A DNA stretch of 64,000 nucleotides from Polymyxa betae A26-41. Lineage: Eukaryota; Protista; Endomyxa: Phytomyxea. The position numbers were made by a program, and so were the translations under genes. Under the pieces are notes generated by a model. That model was not told where the DNA came from, made no database searches, and was given only the letters and a program-made list of their open reading frames with translations. The stretch lies in contig RBZT01000631.1 of assembly GCA_003693705.1 (NCBI GenBank), positions 1-64,000 on the forward strand, given 5' to 3'. Positions within the stretch are counted from its first letter, which is position 1; every line of letters begins with the position of its first letter. Positions 33,601 through 47,979 of the stretch are shown here, in pieces.

Positions 33601-35580
33601 AGGTGTCTTTAAAATACTCAAAGACACCGCGTATTCAATTGCCTCGGGGCAAGATGGCGCTAAATCCTCGTGAGAACCTTCCTATAGGCTTAAACAGGTA
33701 CGAACCATCGAAACGACTTTGAGCGAGTTTCGAAAGCGGAGAGGGAAGTATATTAAAGGTTGTTCGAAACGACAGCAGCCGAATAAATTTCTTTAGAAGT
33801 GGAATTGTATCTTCTATTCTGCAGGTCAAAAAAATGAGGAAAGGCCATAGCACGACGTCACCTGGAATCGAATTACGCAAACACATATCGACACAGAAAG
33901 CGATAGCGGTTTCAACATTACACCCTACCCAACATTAAGTTGAAAATAAGAAAATTTGAGGGCTTCGAACCCGCGTTCAGTATCCTCCAGGCGAAGATGC
34001 ATAGCAGGTGAATTATAAGAAGTATGCATTCGGCACCTTCCTCGGTTTCATCAATAGAGAGGTTGGGTTGATGAGGAGTGGCGTTAATCGAGTCTAAGCT
34101 TATCATTGTCCGAAGCGTCTCTGATAGCTTAACAGCATACCTCGAGTCGATTCAAGTTCAGAGCGTTCGTTCGCCCAAATATCAAGAAAGAATTGCTCCC
34201 AAAACTGGGGATTTTTAAAGACCTAACAGGCATTAGAATGATGATTATAGCAGCGTTCTTAGTTGCTACCTCATGGTCTCTGATAAATGAGTATAAGAAC
34301 AGAATTGTCTCGCCGTCTGAACTAACCATTTTGATTCTCATGGATAATTCTAAGATCATTGAGTTCTTTAGCATAACAATATAGGCCGACTTACCCTTAA
34401 ACTTTCTACAGGTGATGAAATCTCGGTGATTGTTTGCTTCTCGAAGCACAGCGCGAAAGATATCAACCAACGTTTGAAATGCAACAGGCTCGAGTTTCTT
34501 TTCGACTTGCTATGTCGTGGGTGACCAACTCATTCATGTAAACGAAAACGATAAATCTTACAACAGCAGCATTAAGTTGGGTATAAAACTGTTGCCTTCC
34601 TGATTCAGTTTTGAAAAGCTCAAGAAGTGATAATATAATTCCTCCTAGAAACTTCCGACATGGCTGCAAAGAAGCTTCCTTAGTAATGATAGGAATGAGA
34701 AAGGTAGCATTAAATCCAAACCTCAGTGGAGGAAAAGATGATATGGATAAAGTCTTCGACAACTGTCGAGACCTTTTTGGTCTTCGATATAGCCTTATCC
34801 TTGCGAAGGAATCTAAAACTCACGCCTGAAGGTTTTGAGCTCTAAATTGGTTTTTAAATTTAAAAAATAACCTGAACGCGACGTCGATGACGAATTGGAA
34901 TGCGAATCAGAATGTGAAGGAGAAGGACATCTCGTTAAGCAATGGCTGATATCAGGAATTCCTGGTATTATTCCAAATAGTAAGTTAGCTATCTATCCAA
35001 TAAGATGTTAGACTACTGGATTATCGGTGAAATCAACCCAAAATAGACCTTCTGATCGTCGCATACAACGGGTATACTAGAAATTTCAATGTTCTCACAG
35101 GTGTAATGACCAACAGGTATCCGAGCAACACCCAGACATACATCACTTGTTGAGCATTCGCCAGCATCAGGCGGTTTGATATACAGGTGAACGACAATAT
35201 CAGGATAGCACTGATCAGTAAACTCTTTATGGATTTTTCTGAAAAGTCGTTCAGCATAAGAATTTATCTCATACCAGTCGTTTACAAAATCATGTTGCTT
35301 CCATCGAATTCAAATATCGGCCTTTCGCAGCTGGTCTTTCTTGCCAGATTCGAGCGAAGCATAACGTCGCCGAACTGTACCCTAACGTATGGCAGCCCAT
35401 CGCCAAGATGCAATGCGACATTATGCAGAAAGAACACTAGTAGAGATGAATGTGAATGGGTTAGTTTTCGACGGCGGAATGCCGACCATGGAAGTGAATA
35501 GAAAGATCGCGGGACGAGTACCCAACACCGGATGTTTTCAGTCGCGACCGGCCGCCTTTTAAGCAAAACGCTAGCGGCAT
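30622..35580 (-). CDS. Myotubularin-family phosphoinositide 3-phosphatase, catalytically intact, with long N-terminal extension (C2-like, helical domain, PH-GRAM)
   Basis: LLVHCSDGWDRTSQ at ~31780-31820, [97 protein letters not shown] and C2-like PYVRVQFG. Termini approximate. Confidence 0.9.
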
Positions 35581-36449
35581 GCAGGCTTGGGCGCCGTCCT
35601 AGAGCGACGTTGGACGACGCAATCTCGCTTGGACGAATTTGCGCTGAAGGGTCCCTCGACAGAGGATGGAGAGAGGCGGGGCCCCTTTCATCACTGACCT
35701 TGGCCCTGGGGGAAAGGGGGGAGGGACCGAAGGAGACAATGAGGCTGCGCAGCTTAATGGAGTCGGTCACGCCCAACCGGCGGAGTCAGAGCCATAATCG
35801 CTGCCCTTTCCAACCCCGCAGCTTACAGTGGACGAGAGGGGGTTTCAGTGTTGCGTTCCCACGCAGTTGGTCTAGTAAGGTGTGACAAACACCACGATTT
35901 ACCGGCCTACAACGTCGCATGCAGAACGGCGCTGAAGAGCCGCGCCTGGCATTGCGTTGTTGCCCAAAAGCACTCGTAGCATTTGATGACCTTTTACCGA
36001 TCTGTTTGTGCTAAAAGTAAGTTGCTTCTAGCAGTAACGTTAGTGCTGCAGTTAATCACGTGATACTTTCCGTCGAGCCTTGAGACATTATCGGTGGCAA
36101 CCCGATACTGTTCAATATCATGCTGGATGTTGTTACTTGGAACTTCTTGCCCTCCGGCTTGCCCAGAATACCCAGCTCGAATGTTTGATTTATTCCCTGT
36201 TATTACCGGTCTCTCACAATGAAGTAATATACTTTCCAATGGTGGTGGAATGAGGAACAGCTTCGAAATTGGTAGTAGGAGCACTGCTAGGAGTGCTAGC
36301 TATCACGTCAATGCTTGATTACCTACTATCGGGCTTGCGCTTACAGTACAGCGCCTCCTGTAAAGACCCAACGAACTAGACGAATCCAATCCGATACTGT
36401 TTGGTAAAGACTATGTGCTTTCCTCAAGGTCGTTATCCATTGAACTTGA

Positions 36450-37720
36450 TAATAAGTTCTTATCAAAAACTATCGTTAAAATCAGTGAAGCATTTTGAAG
36501 GGGAGGTTGCTTAACAAATCATTATCATAGGTAAAGTCTCTTCATCCTTATCATTGGCTTTCACGATGACGAGCAAGTTCGTCGAAAGAGTATCGGAATC
36601 AAAACTGAAATCGTGTATGCGGATGCTGCCACTTTCAGCACAAGGCCATTATATGTTCAAAATCGCTGTCACAAATACGCTCTTCTCGATAATGTCTTTT
36701 GAGAAGATACTGAGCGTTTATGAAATGAGCGCTCCGTCCTTGACAAATCAATACGTCGTAAGTAGAACGAGTCTGCGAACGAAAATTTTCAGAAAGAAAA
36801 CAGCCTTTCGACCTTCAAATTTTCCGCATCATGCTGTTGCAAAATTGATCAGCTGTGCATCGGGATGGTGTTGATCGAATTGAAAAGACGTCATGCTCAG
36901 CAACGTTCATGAAAATACTTTTTGTACAGGAACTACTGACATGGAATACTTCTGCAGTATATCACAGGCTACCACCTGCAATCATGAAATAGCATCGGTA
37001 TCCACTCTTATGAATATGCTGACTGCATTGGCGAGTTCTGCATAGAAAGTTTCTGATATATACGGGCGCTTCTCTCCAAACGTATGCGTTCTTGTGATCT
37101 GCTATTTGTTCAATCAGCCTACGGTAGCGATGGTATTGCAGAATATTCGGTCTCGAATGAAGCACATCCGCCATGCACTACCATTGACTAATTATTTGAA
37201 ATCGCAACTCAAGGACCGTCAGACAATCCTTTAATACAACCATTAATTGGTTGCAGCAGCAGAATTCTGCAGGTATTCATCTCCGAAGTTTTGGCATCTT
37301 ACAAGCCATTATCTGGGGGTCAGTTGTTAGAGAACGCTCCAGGTTCTCGCAAATTGGTTGGTGAATTTTGGTTGCATCCACTGGGTCCAATAACGAACTT
37401 TGATTGCCTTGTTCTATTGTGTCGACATAATTAGATCTGGATCCCCTCTGCAAATGGATGATATTCTCGCTCTCTGTTTTGCCATTATCTTGCCCCATAT
37501 GTAGAGAACGACACCGGTCTAACAATCTCTCACCGCTACCATGATTCATCGGATTCGGAGAAGCTCGTTGACAATCTCAATAGGCTGTTATCACCTACTA
37601 TAGCTCTGACGAAAGCTTCGCTCGCTGATATCATATCGAGGCTATCGTGACTTTCCATGGTGGTAACGGCGTCGTCATCGTGGCACTCCTTCATTGAAGG
37701 CACCTTGTTCCGCGAAGGCA
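36450..37720 (-). CDS. Hypothetical multi-exon protein
   Basis: Series of same-strand ORFs (37536, 37277, 36962) with splice-like boundaries. No domain recognised; may be a continuation of the MAP10-like gene. Confidence 0.35.
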
Positions 37721-37979
37721 ACCTACAAGGGATCTGATCTATTGTTGGTGAAGCCGGGAATCTAGATCAAACTGTATTCTGAGACATTTTGGAGTTCAGT
37801 TAGTGGCGCAGCGCCCATCATTGTCTGCCGAGCTGAAGCAGTTTTTCCACAACCATCTGTGGTCGAATAAATCCTTACTGCGATGGTCACACAGTTGCCG
37901 GCTGAAAAAACCATTTTTAGACGGTCCAGAACGCATCAAGCGGGCGACAGGCCTGAGTTTCTTTCGCTAGAAAATCATT

Positions 37980-40210
37980 ATCAATTCGAAATTTTTGTGT
38001 TTATAACGCTGTCCGAGATTATATGGTGAGAATGGAGATCGCGTTGATTACCCATCGGAATCGAAAACTTCCTAAAAAGTAGTATTAGATCAGTGAATCT
38101 GTCAAGTGAGATTGCTTACAAAATCATCATCATACGAGCAATCTTCAACCTGTTGCTTGACGGGAAGTTCGTGAATCTGGGGAAGTTCCACTACAGAATC
38201 GAAAGAATGATCGGAATCAATACCGAAATCATAGAAGTCATTGCCTTCATGTTCAGAATAGCTGTCACGATCTTCGAAGACAGATTCTCTTCTGGATGAT
38301 GCCCTTTGTACAGAATCAGAATCTACAGATAATCGTTTGGCATTGAGAGGTTCTCTGCTGCCAAAATCAGCTTTTGGTTGGCGATCGAGCGCATCGTGGT
38401 TATTAGGTTCTTCTTGATCAACCTTCTCAGACTTGATTGACTCTTCGAGATAAGATTGAGCTCCAGATGATCCAGCTTCATGGCCTTCAACTTTCTCGGC
38501 GTCAATCTGCTGTAGAGTGGATAGGGAAACAACGGCTTCCTGGATTCGATTTTCAGCAATATCGTTTTGTGATGATGGCCCTTGCAAAGGCAGTACTGCC
38601 AAACGCTCCATTTGCAATTCCTTATCATTAATCGGCTTTGTATCTTCAGAGTTTGTTGTGATAATCGGGGAAGAAGCCAACTGCGAAGGTTTCTGCTCGT
38701 TCTTTGAATGCGATCGTTGATGATGGTCTCTCACATCAACAGACGTGATTATGGGAGACGAAGATTCAGTCTGCACTTCCGCAGTAATGAATCTCTTCTC
38801 TTCCGCTTCAAGTCCACGACACGAACTTAGTGAAACAGGTTCCAATTCGGGCAATGTCCCGACTTCATTTCGAGGTCTGTCCAAAATGACCCTGTTAACG
38901 GCGTTGACGATTTCTTGATAAAGGGTCCCTGATATGGGTGGTTTCTCGCCAACGGTTTGACTTTGATCGGCTACCCGTTCGATCTGCCGAGCGATGGATT
39001 GAAGCGCATCCGCGATGCTCTGAGATTGATTCAATGAGAATGACGAATCGGTATCAGAACCTGAGCTATCATCACCTTGACAGAATCATCGGTTGCGTGT
39101 TGCTGCTTTTTCGAGCTCATTTTTTCCGATTTCCTTTTATTCTCTTGTGAGACATTGCTCTGAGCATCGGGTAATGAACAGCGCTCCAGTTTCTTCAAGC
39201 TGGCAATTCTAAGCAACGAAGACGCTTTCGTGGATTTTGGTAGCATGAATCGTGTCCGAGGGCGAACTTTGTTTGACTTGCTCGATGATTTTGAGATATT
39301 TCGGTTCGAAGCCACTCTGCGTTTCAATGGTCTTCTCGCTCTCTGATTGTTATTTGCTATCGCCTGCTGGTTCTCATTCGATTTTTCAATCCTTTGTTTA
39401 GTTTGGGCTGCAATATCCAACGAATCGGTTTCATCCGGATCATGATGATAAAATAGACACGGGGCATTATTTTCGAGAAGCGGTCTGGGCATCTGAATCA
39501 TCAATCAGTAAGTAAATCGAATGACTGATTGGTCTCACTCTGTACTGAGAAACATTTCTGGCAGCCAACGCAGTCGTGGTTGCTACAACGTGTTCGCCTT
39601 CCGCCACAGTAATCTTGGTGTTGAAATCTTCAGCTGAAGGCGGTGATGATACAGATGTTATCACCTCTGCGTCGAATTTCTCCAGATGAGGAAGAAGAGA
39701 TCGTCCTAGACACGATAATCGTAAGACAAGATCAACGCGTCCAACTTGATTGGCCATGAGATCTGTCAGGACAAGACGTCCTCTTCGGAATCCTCTTCTT
39801 CCAATAACAGCTCCACCGGTCAAGTTAGCTGTGTATCCTGATAGGTCGATAGCAGTCGTTCCAATCAATGATCCATCGTGTTGGTCGATTAAAAGAAGAT
39901 ATAATGGAGCTTTGCATAACATGATGCTTAATGAGCTCGCAGGTACAGAAAACAGACAGTTCTTCCCACGACAAAACACGATTCGGCCGTTTTCTGATTC
40001 GGGTGAACGTTGAGAGATCACAACAGCTGGAAATGATAGCAGGCGCAATGCAACCTGAAGACATAGAGTTCAATAAACGCTGCAAACAGGAACGATGACG
40101 CTGACGATTGGTTGCCTAATTCGGTCAATTTTTGGCCGGACAACGATTTCATTGATGAAAACTTCAAGAGAGAATAAAGAAAGATCAGGATCTGCATTCG
40201 ATTGCGACAT
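37980..40210 (-). CDS. MAP10: Microtubule-associated protein 10 (KIAA1383)-like
   Basis: LFSLEVFINEI..P.V..RLLSFPAVVI..FCRGKNCLF..PLYLLL..LIG...IDL..RGRLVLTDLM..VG.VDLVLRLSCLGRSLLPHL and later PCLFY match the MAP10 N-terminal domain. 3' end approximate. Confidence 0.8.
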
Positions 40211-40805
40211 GGAAAACGTACAAAACCCATAAAAATGACTTACTCTCAGTGATAGTTGCTGCCAGTCAGTCTGCCAAAGTTTCTGGTCTAAAATATCATT
40301 CCGATTGCAGAACGAATGCTTTTGTGGAAATCGGTATAAGCTAAAACACATGGTAAAACGTTCGGAAAGGTCCATAGGAAGAAGAGAGAATTCTTGTTTC
40401 AACCTTGGGCTGTTAAACAGGCAGAGTTTCGGGCATCGTTATTACCCTACATTAAAACCGTGATAATCCACGAGGCAACGGTGTAATGCTTGCCAAGTGA
40501 AAAGCTTGCAGTAAGCAGGCAAATAAGGCCTTGTCGAAAACAGTTCGACAAATTTCAAACAGAATGTCGAAAAGGAAGCTTTCCGTCGTTTCGAAAGAAA
40601 CTGACGAATATAGTAGTAGTTGGTCAATCATGACAGTTTTTGAAAATCTGTGATCGGTTTTACCGAGACAAATATCACTGCGAGTACGTGTTCCAGGACG
40701 ATCCGAAACAAAAATCGTGGTTGATCATCTCGCGTACTGAATCTGTTTATCAACACGTTATCTGATTGCAGAGAACGCAACGAAGCGGCTTGAATTTGGC
40801 TGTTT

Positions 40806-42004
40806 ATGATGGCCCGGAGCCTAATAGGCTGGTCCACCATCATTCTTATCTTCATTGCTAGAACAACCTGGTCACAGACAACAGTTAAGACGATCCAGGT
40901 CACGTCCCTATTAAATTTAGATACGTCATCATATTCGAAGGACCTGAAAACGACCTATTGCAATCAGTTTATCACTGAGTTAGGTCTGGCAATAAGCGTG
41001 GACAGATCACGGTTCACGAATCCTTCGCTAACGTCCTCTGATTCATCAACATCATACATTTCGTTTATTATCCTGCCGCCGACGGCATCGACAGATCTAA
41101 CTTCGCTTCAAGTTTATAGCGCCTATAATACCGAGGTAAGAATTTGGCAAACGGAGATGAAACAATTGTAGGCAGCAGACGGATGCTGATGCGTTGTGTT
41201 TCTAGATTCATAAAGTGGGAAGCACATTGCTAAATGACGAATTAGCTTCACATATTGATCTAACAGCAACTGCACAAGTCAGTACAGTGACATTATATCA
41301 ATGTAGTGATGGGTCGTATGTTAGCACGACCGATACATGTCAACCAACATCAACAACAGCTCCATCGAGCATAGATTCTATAGATGGCACTACATTAACC
41401 ATTATTGAAGCAGTGGGCGGAGGCGTCATAGTAGCGACGATCTTCCTGGCGGTGGGAATCGCCATTCGCCGCCGCCAACGGCTAGCGGAATTTCGAAAGA
41501 ATCAATTGTTGCAGCAAGCTCAGACTAACGGCATCGTCATGGCGAAAATCATCTCGACTGATGACGTGATCCCTTCATATCAAAACCCATATAGGTACAT
41601 CTTACAGGATTTTCCATGAATGTCGGAAATAGCAGCAGAAATTGACTGTACTCAGGGAGACACAATCAGCCATAACGACTTCTATTGGAGGGCCGCCACC
41701 ATATTCCCAATATTCGCCACCAATTTCAACACAGGGAATAGCTGTAGGAATCATGGCCCAGCCCGTTTATGCAATGGCACCAGTGCAGCAAGGATTCACT
41801 CCTGCGATCCAAAGTCAAACGGCCAACGACCCGTCATCGCCTTCGATGGGGACAGAGACAGCGAAACAGAGCCAAGCAGGGCCGTCGCGAATCGTCAAGA
41901 AGGGCATGAATCTGAAGCAAATTCGACAGAAAAGAATCGGGCTGGACGCTCCACAAGTCGATCAGGGCGACGAGTCGATGCCAGATACGGATACCGACTT
42001 TTAA
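40806..42004 (+). CDS. Type I membrane protein with signal peptide, Ser/Thr-rich ectodomain, one TM helix and cytoplasmic PPPY motif
   Basis: Signal MMARSLIGWSTIILIFIARTTWS, TM IIEAVGGGVIVATIFLAVGIAI followed by RRRQR, tail GGPPPYSQYSPP. Three exons. Confidence 0.75.
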
Positions 42005-42383
42005 GCATGTCGCCCTTAAATCGGAGACTCTGTTTCATAAAACAATACACAAAATGTAATACCAACGACGAGGTTCGAACTCGCGCGCAGCTTTCGCCGC
42101 AGAAGTGCTTAAGACTCCCGCCTTAACCACTCGGCCACATTGGCATCTCATACATGAGCTGTCGCCAGTATATACTGAATACTATTAACATACGAAGCCC
42201 ACTGGCGTAATTCGTTACAATGTGAGTGGCTTCTGTGATGGACAGATTGGTGTATCGATAACAGATGGTCACCTGTAATAAACAGTCGGTATCAATTGCC
42301 ATCATAACCTCTCTTTCGACTTTCAATGGAGACTTTAAACATCCCGGGTTCCAAGGTACTCTGTCCCGATCGTTTTCGTCACG

Positions 42384-45300
42384 ATGGCGGACGATGGTGA
42401 GGACGATTTGGTCTGCCTTGACCTCAATGGATGCCGCTGTACTGATTTGGCTGATGTAAATGCTGCCGACGCTGCCCGAACTGCATTTGCTTTCCTTCAA
42501 CATAACCATTTATCTCTCTGGACCGATTTCATACACTTTCAGTCGCCACTGCGAGTTCTGGGTTTGTTCCACCCCAATCACAGGGCTTATCTAAATCAGT
42601 CGTAGATTTAAGCCATAATTTGTTCATTTCGTTGCCAGCAGGATCGTTCTGGGATGCGTTTCCATGCCTCCAGTTGCTGTATCTTGATAGTAATGCAATT
42701 ACGTCAGTGGCGTCCCTTGCATCATTGGCACGGCTTAAAAAATTGAGCGGTCGGCTGGGCTTTTGCTTTGCTTTGTTAATTATGAATGTTATCTGGTAGT
42801 CGTTTCATTCGCTCGAAACCCTGTCGCTGTGAAAACTGGATATCGGCTCGAACTCCTGAACACCCTTCCGCACCTGGCAATGATCGACGATTACATAGTA
42901 AGCGACCAGGAACGATTACGCCAATGGAATCTTGGTCCTCTTCTGATCCCGACCACGGGTCGCTTCCAGTTCCCCAGGCTGGCTGTGATGCCTGGTGATG
43001 GACCAGTATGGCATACTGCTTTACAAATGGATATGTTGTAGTTAATAGCCGTTCTAAGCACGTTTGCCGTCTACGACTTGAATTGTATCTGCAACATTTG
43101 CATGCTGCCGAGGAGCGATTATCGCCGATTCGCACTCTACAACGATGGTGGAAGATACAGCGGAATCGACGTAAGATGCTGGAAGAACGGTTAGGTCCAT
43201 ATAGGTGTCGCTATAAGTCTATAACGGTATTTTGAACAGAATGACCCAGATGACAGGTCGCCTGCAACGTCAGCCAACAGTTCAGGACTTGAAACGTCGC
43301 ATAACTAGACAGGCGGTCGGATAACTTTTCATTGCTCGGCATGAAATATTTACATGATAACAGTCAAAGGCATCGTCAGTCGGATCAACTACTCATGTGC
43401 GACTGAATTCCGTTAGTAAAAGTGACGATGAGGTCGATGACGATAATGGAACTACCCGAACTGTTGATGTTGAATATGACACGCGAAAAGTACAGCCAGT
43501 TCAGCAACTCGTTGCAATAGTGATTGAGGTAACTTTGCAGATCCGAAGGCGTGCCGAGATCCAAGAAGAACTAAACACGATAGTATTGGTCGGTCGCGAC
43601 AGAACAGGAGCATTCTCTCGGTTGATACTTCAGGCCCGGGCAGTCACTCCTGGCTCCCATGTGCCAGATGATGATCTTGTGGTGACACCTGTCAACATAC
43701 GTGCCACCCCTACAAACGAATTCAAAGTTGCAGTTCGTAATCGGACCTTAACCCAGGTATGCAGACAATCCAAACTAAAATCCGATACGATTTTCTTACA
43801 GGCGGTAGCCAACAACAAAGCTTTACAGCCAAACGAACCGAACATCTTAATTGGCAGGCGACTTTGTCATCCATGTCGTATGTGGCGGGAATCATTCGGC
43901 AGGGGGTGGTCTGAAAACGCGCTGCCTGATGAGGATTTCCAAGTGTACCGATTCAAAACTCCCAGCATTGGTTTCCGTGAATCTCTTTTGCGATTAATAG
44001 CTTCCTACAATTTCGGTTCGTCTTATCATAGATGCTAGTGTTCATCAGAGATGATTGATGTTCCTTAATCAGATGCGGCCAAACGCGGTCTCAACCCACT
44101 CAATGTATTACTCTATCGTTATGTTCTTGAGTGGGTCTCAGCCGGGCGTATCCAATGCTTATGGAGGGGATGGCGTCATCGTCGTCAATTCGCAGCATAT
44201 CTTTATGAAGCTCGTCGGTGGCGACGAGCTGCAGTTTGCCTCACACAAGCATGGCGAAACTACCTATTGCGGTTACGCTTTTGCATGCTTCGCGATGCTT
44301 CAGCAATTTGCAATGCGATTAAATCCCCAAAATTGTTCCTCTCTCGACCAGCTCTTGATTTACTTTTGGTAGAAGGTCTTGCTGACGATTCTGAACTGCT
44401 CAGACGTTTTGCAGACCGCTCCGAATCCTTTCCGGCGTTTGCAGTTGTTCCCAGAACATCGCATCTCATTCTCAGTCGCTGAAGGGACTGGCGATCGAGT
44501 TGTGCTTTACAGCAAGAATCCACTATCACGTCCGAGTCCAACTTGGCTTGGTAATGAGGATTTTGATGTTGAAATAGCTGAAAATGAATGCAACGATGAT
44601 AACCAGCTTCGTTTGGGGCTTCGTGACCTGATTCAGCGCCACACTGCTTCCGAGCTAAAGGTTGCTTCTTTTGCTATTTGAAATTATTATCGTTGATTTT
44701 GATAAAAGGTCTTGCCGCAAAACAGAACTGTGCAAACTACAGAAAGTTTATGGTTGTTCGAGTTCCCAAGCATAAGGCAAGCCCAACTTCGAGCTTTCCT
44801 TCTTTTGGTTCACACCTGGGACCCTATTACGAGAACCTTTTGCCATGCGCGGCCGGCCATGTGCAACACAGAAGGAATCTGGATACCGATCGGATCCGAA
44901 ATCGAACCGCCGACTGAATACCGCAACGTGCCAAAATTTTCGTCTGCTGCTGATGACAGCGGAGATGAGGCAGCTAGGGCTGCTGTAATTCCCATTATCC
45001 GATCGCATGTAAATGAAAATGGCGTTGACAAGCTGATCCACTTTATCGACAGGTTAATGGTAATGCTAGGTTGTCCGTCTTGATGGCTCAATTCCATGTC
45101 AGAGAACTAGTTGAAATCGACCCCGAAGTCGCTGAGAGCCATGGTTTGAAATTACCTGAATATATTGAGGAGGCCACTATTGTCGACGATCTCATCGATA
45201 TCGGAGATTTCTTGCTCCCCGATTTGGAAGTACGTGTGACGGCGCTAGTTCCCATTACAGAACTGATCGTAACTTAACTGGCTTAGATCGATGATTACGA

Positions 45301-46660
45301 CCAAGACTTGGAAACTCGCATGCGTTGGCAGGCAATGAACCTGCAACTGGAAGCGTTTTGTAAGCACACAATTTGCAATTCTGCTTCATAATCTGAATTG
45401 TGACTTTTCATGTTAAACTGGAATATTTTTGAAAAAAAGCTAAATTTTGAACAGATCCAAATGCCGAAGAAAATACCAATCGAGCTGAGATTGGATTACA
45501 TGCCAAAATGGCTTTGGCCGATTCTGTTCGCAAAGAATCTGATTATTTAAACAGCGCTTGTCAAACGGTACGAAACATTTCGTAATCCGTTCTATCTGCT
45601 GTCCAAACTGACCAATCCTTAATAGGATCGTGAGCAGGATCTTGAACGCAAAAAAAGGACAGCCCAGACTCTGCGAGATTTGCATCAGAGTCGTCTAAAC
45701 ATGTACAAAATTCAAGCACGGCAACCTGATGGTTCGTATTTTCAAACACATGCCAATAGCGAAGCAACTCATCCGCTTACAGACCACTGCAAATCAGAAA
45801 TCATAAACCAACGGCGACAGCGATTGGATCAGCTCCGGTCTTTAATCAATAAGGCCAAAGTAAACCAGGGTTTGTTCACGAAGCAAGTTCTCTAAGATGT
45901 CAGCTCAGATGCGCAAACGCCAGTTCCAGAAAGATCAAATGGTTGAAAAGCGTATTGCTCAAGTTCAACGCCATACGGATCGTATCAATGAGCGCCAACA
46001 GCTCATAGATGCGAAATTAGCTGCTGATGGGGCTGCCAGATCTCGAGTGAATGAGTTGCATTCCGTCGCTCAGACTGCACAAATCGTTCGTGCTAATCGT
46101 CACCGGCTTGAGCGCGACGGCTTGCATTTCCGTCGCCAGTTATGCCAGATTTCCAAACAGATCCGTTCGGCGCAAGCGCAGGAGGCAGCGAACCTACGAG
46201 CTGCCATAACTGCTCGCGACGTTCAGGTCCGCAAAATTCGCGATGCTCGGTTGCGCCAAACTGTTCACGATCGCCTCCTTTCCGAGTTCAGTCGCAAGCG
46301 CCAAAATGCAATTGTACAGGTTGTTTATTGTTTATGGATGCCCACGTGGTTTTTAAATGCTTACAGCAACTACGAGTTCGTGATCAAATCGAACAGAAAC
46401 GCAATCAGGAGCAGTATCCTGTAAACAAGTCCAGGATCGAAAGGCGTCAGATGCGACAAATCCAGAAGCAAATTGCCGAAGAAATCGCAACTTGTCGTGA
46501 TGTACTTCGAGTTGACCTCGCTGCTCATGAATTCGATGATATTACATCGAACTTGACCCGATCGATGGATGCTGATTTGACTTCAAGGTTAAATGAGCTT
46601 GAAGCACTGGCAAATAATGTTCGCATGGCATGCACTCGTGTATTTAATAATAATGCCTAG
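42384..46660 (+). CDS. LRRIQ3: Leucine-rich repeat and IQ domain protein (LRRIQ3/LRRC44-like) with C-terminal coiled coil
   Basis: LRVLDLSHN..SLP..SFWDAFPCLQLLYLDSNAI, LRRcap NPVAVKTGYRLELLNTLPHLAMIDDYIVSDQE, IQ-like SPIRTLQRWWKIQRNRR and Arg/Gln coiled-coil exons at 45897-46660. That all exons form one gene is inferred. Confidence 0.7.
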
Positions 46661-47351
46661 TTGAACGAAATCGTTCAACCATGCATTTACAAGATAGGCA
46701 ATACAGTAACTCTGGGTTATAAGAGCATGGTGATTGAAATCAGGGTCCTAAAGTCTTTGATTCGGTTCTTAGGTGGAAATCCCTAAACCATAAATTCTAA
46801 TTTCAAAATGAGGTGTATCGCTAAAGTTGATAGGTGGCCGTTGGAAACTGTAATCAACTCGTCTGTCAAGCGGCCCATGACACCTCCAGTTATTGTAAAT
46901 TACTGGATACATCTGATTTTACCGAGTTCTTTGCAAATCTTTTGATTCGCTGAAACCCGTCAAGCAATAGAATTCAGGGGCACATCTCCTTCCAATTTAG
47001 GTGCTGCTTCATCATTTTCACCATATCCAGTCAGCAAAGCCAAGGAGAGTCTCAGTAAGGTGAGGTAGGCAGAACTCGTCTGCCCAATCCATCAGGGCAC
47101 TCGAGCCCATATACCAGATCCTACTACTACTCCCCTGCTGGTTCGCCAGCTTATACCTGGCTAGTTTCCATGAGCGCAGGACTCGCTAGAAATGTAGAGC
47201 GCTTCATGTAGCTCGTCGTACTAGTCGTTTTTCTCCAAGACCTATTTCGGAATCATTTCACCATCTTTACAGACTGATGCTGACTGGCGTAATTCGACCT
47301 GAGCCCTGCAACATATCGGAGGCGCTGTCCAAACTTCCAGTCATTGAGCGA

Positions 47352-47624
<273 letters not shown>

Positions 47625-47979
47625 TAATTGGTCTTACATCTTAACCGACATCCAGGCTGAGCGCGCTCCCTCAGAAGATGAATCCGTTTCGATTCATTTG
47701 AAATGGTTGCTGCTGTTAATTGATTTGTGTATCGTCTACGGGGCGTTGTGCTTCACATTCTGTGTGCTGCTGCGGTTCGGCACAGCCCAAGCTTGGTAAT
47801 GCGACCAATAAATAAGGTCTGGATCCAGAATAAAGAGATATTTAAACTGCTGCAATCTTCTTTCCATAAACTGTTACGCCGCTATGTCGCCGTTTCATCT
47901 CTGAACATGTTCTATCATGATTCTATCGTATTGTGGGTTACTTTACAACGTAGCTGTGAATTATTCACTGTGATGGATT

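Noticed and set aside
35590-35900. GC/G-rich stretch with overlapping ORFs (35282-35776, 35532-35885)
   Set aside because: Best explained as the promoter/5' region of the myotubularin gene; the ORFs lack ATG starts or recognisable content.
46820-46880. LKLIGGRWKL*STRLSSGP resembling a bacterial HxlR regulator N-terminus
   Set aside because: Under 20 codons, interrupted by stops, with no continuation; likely chance.
47150-47230. CTAG sites as a Helitron 3' terminus
   Set aside because: No properly spaced GC-rich hairpin upstream of CTAG on the relevant strand.
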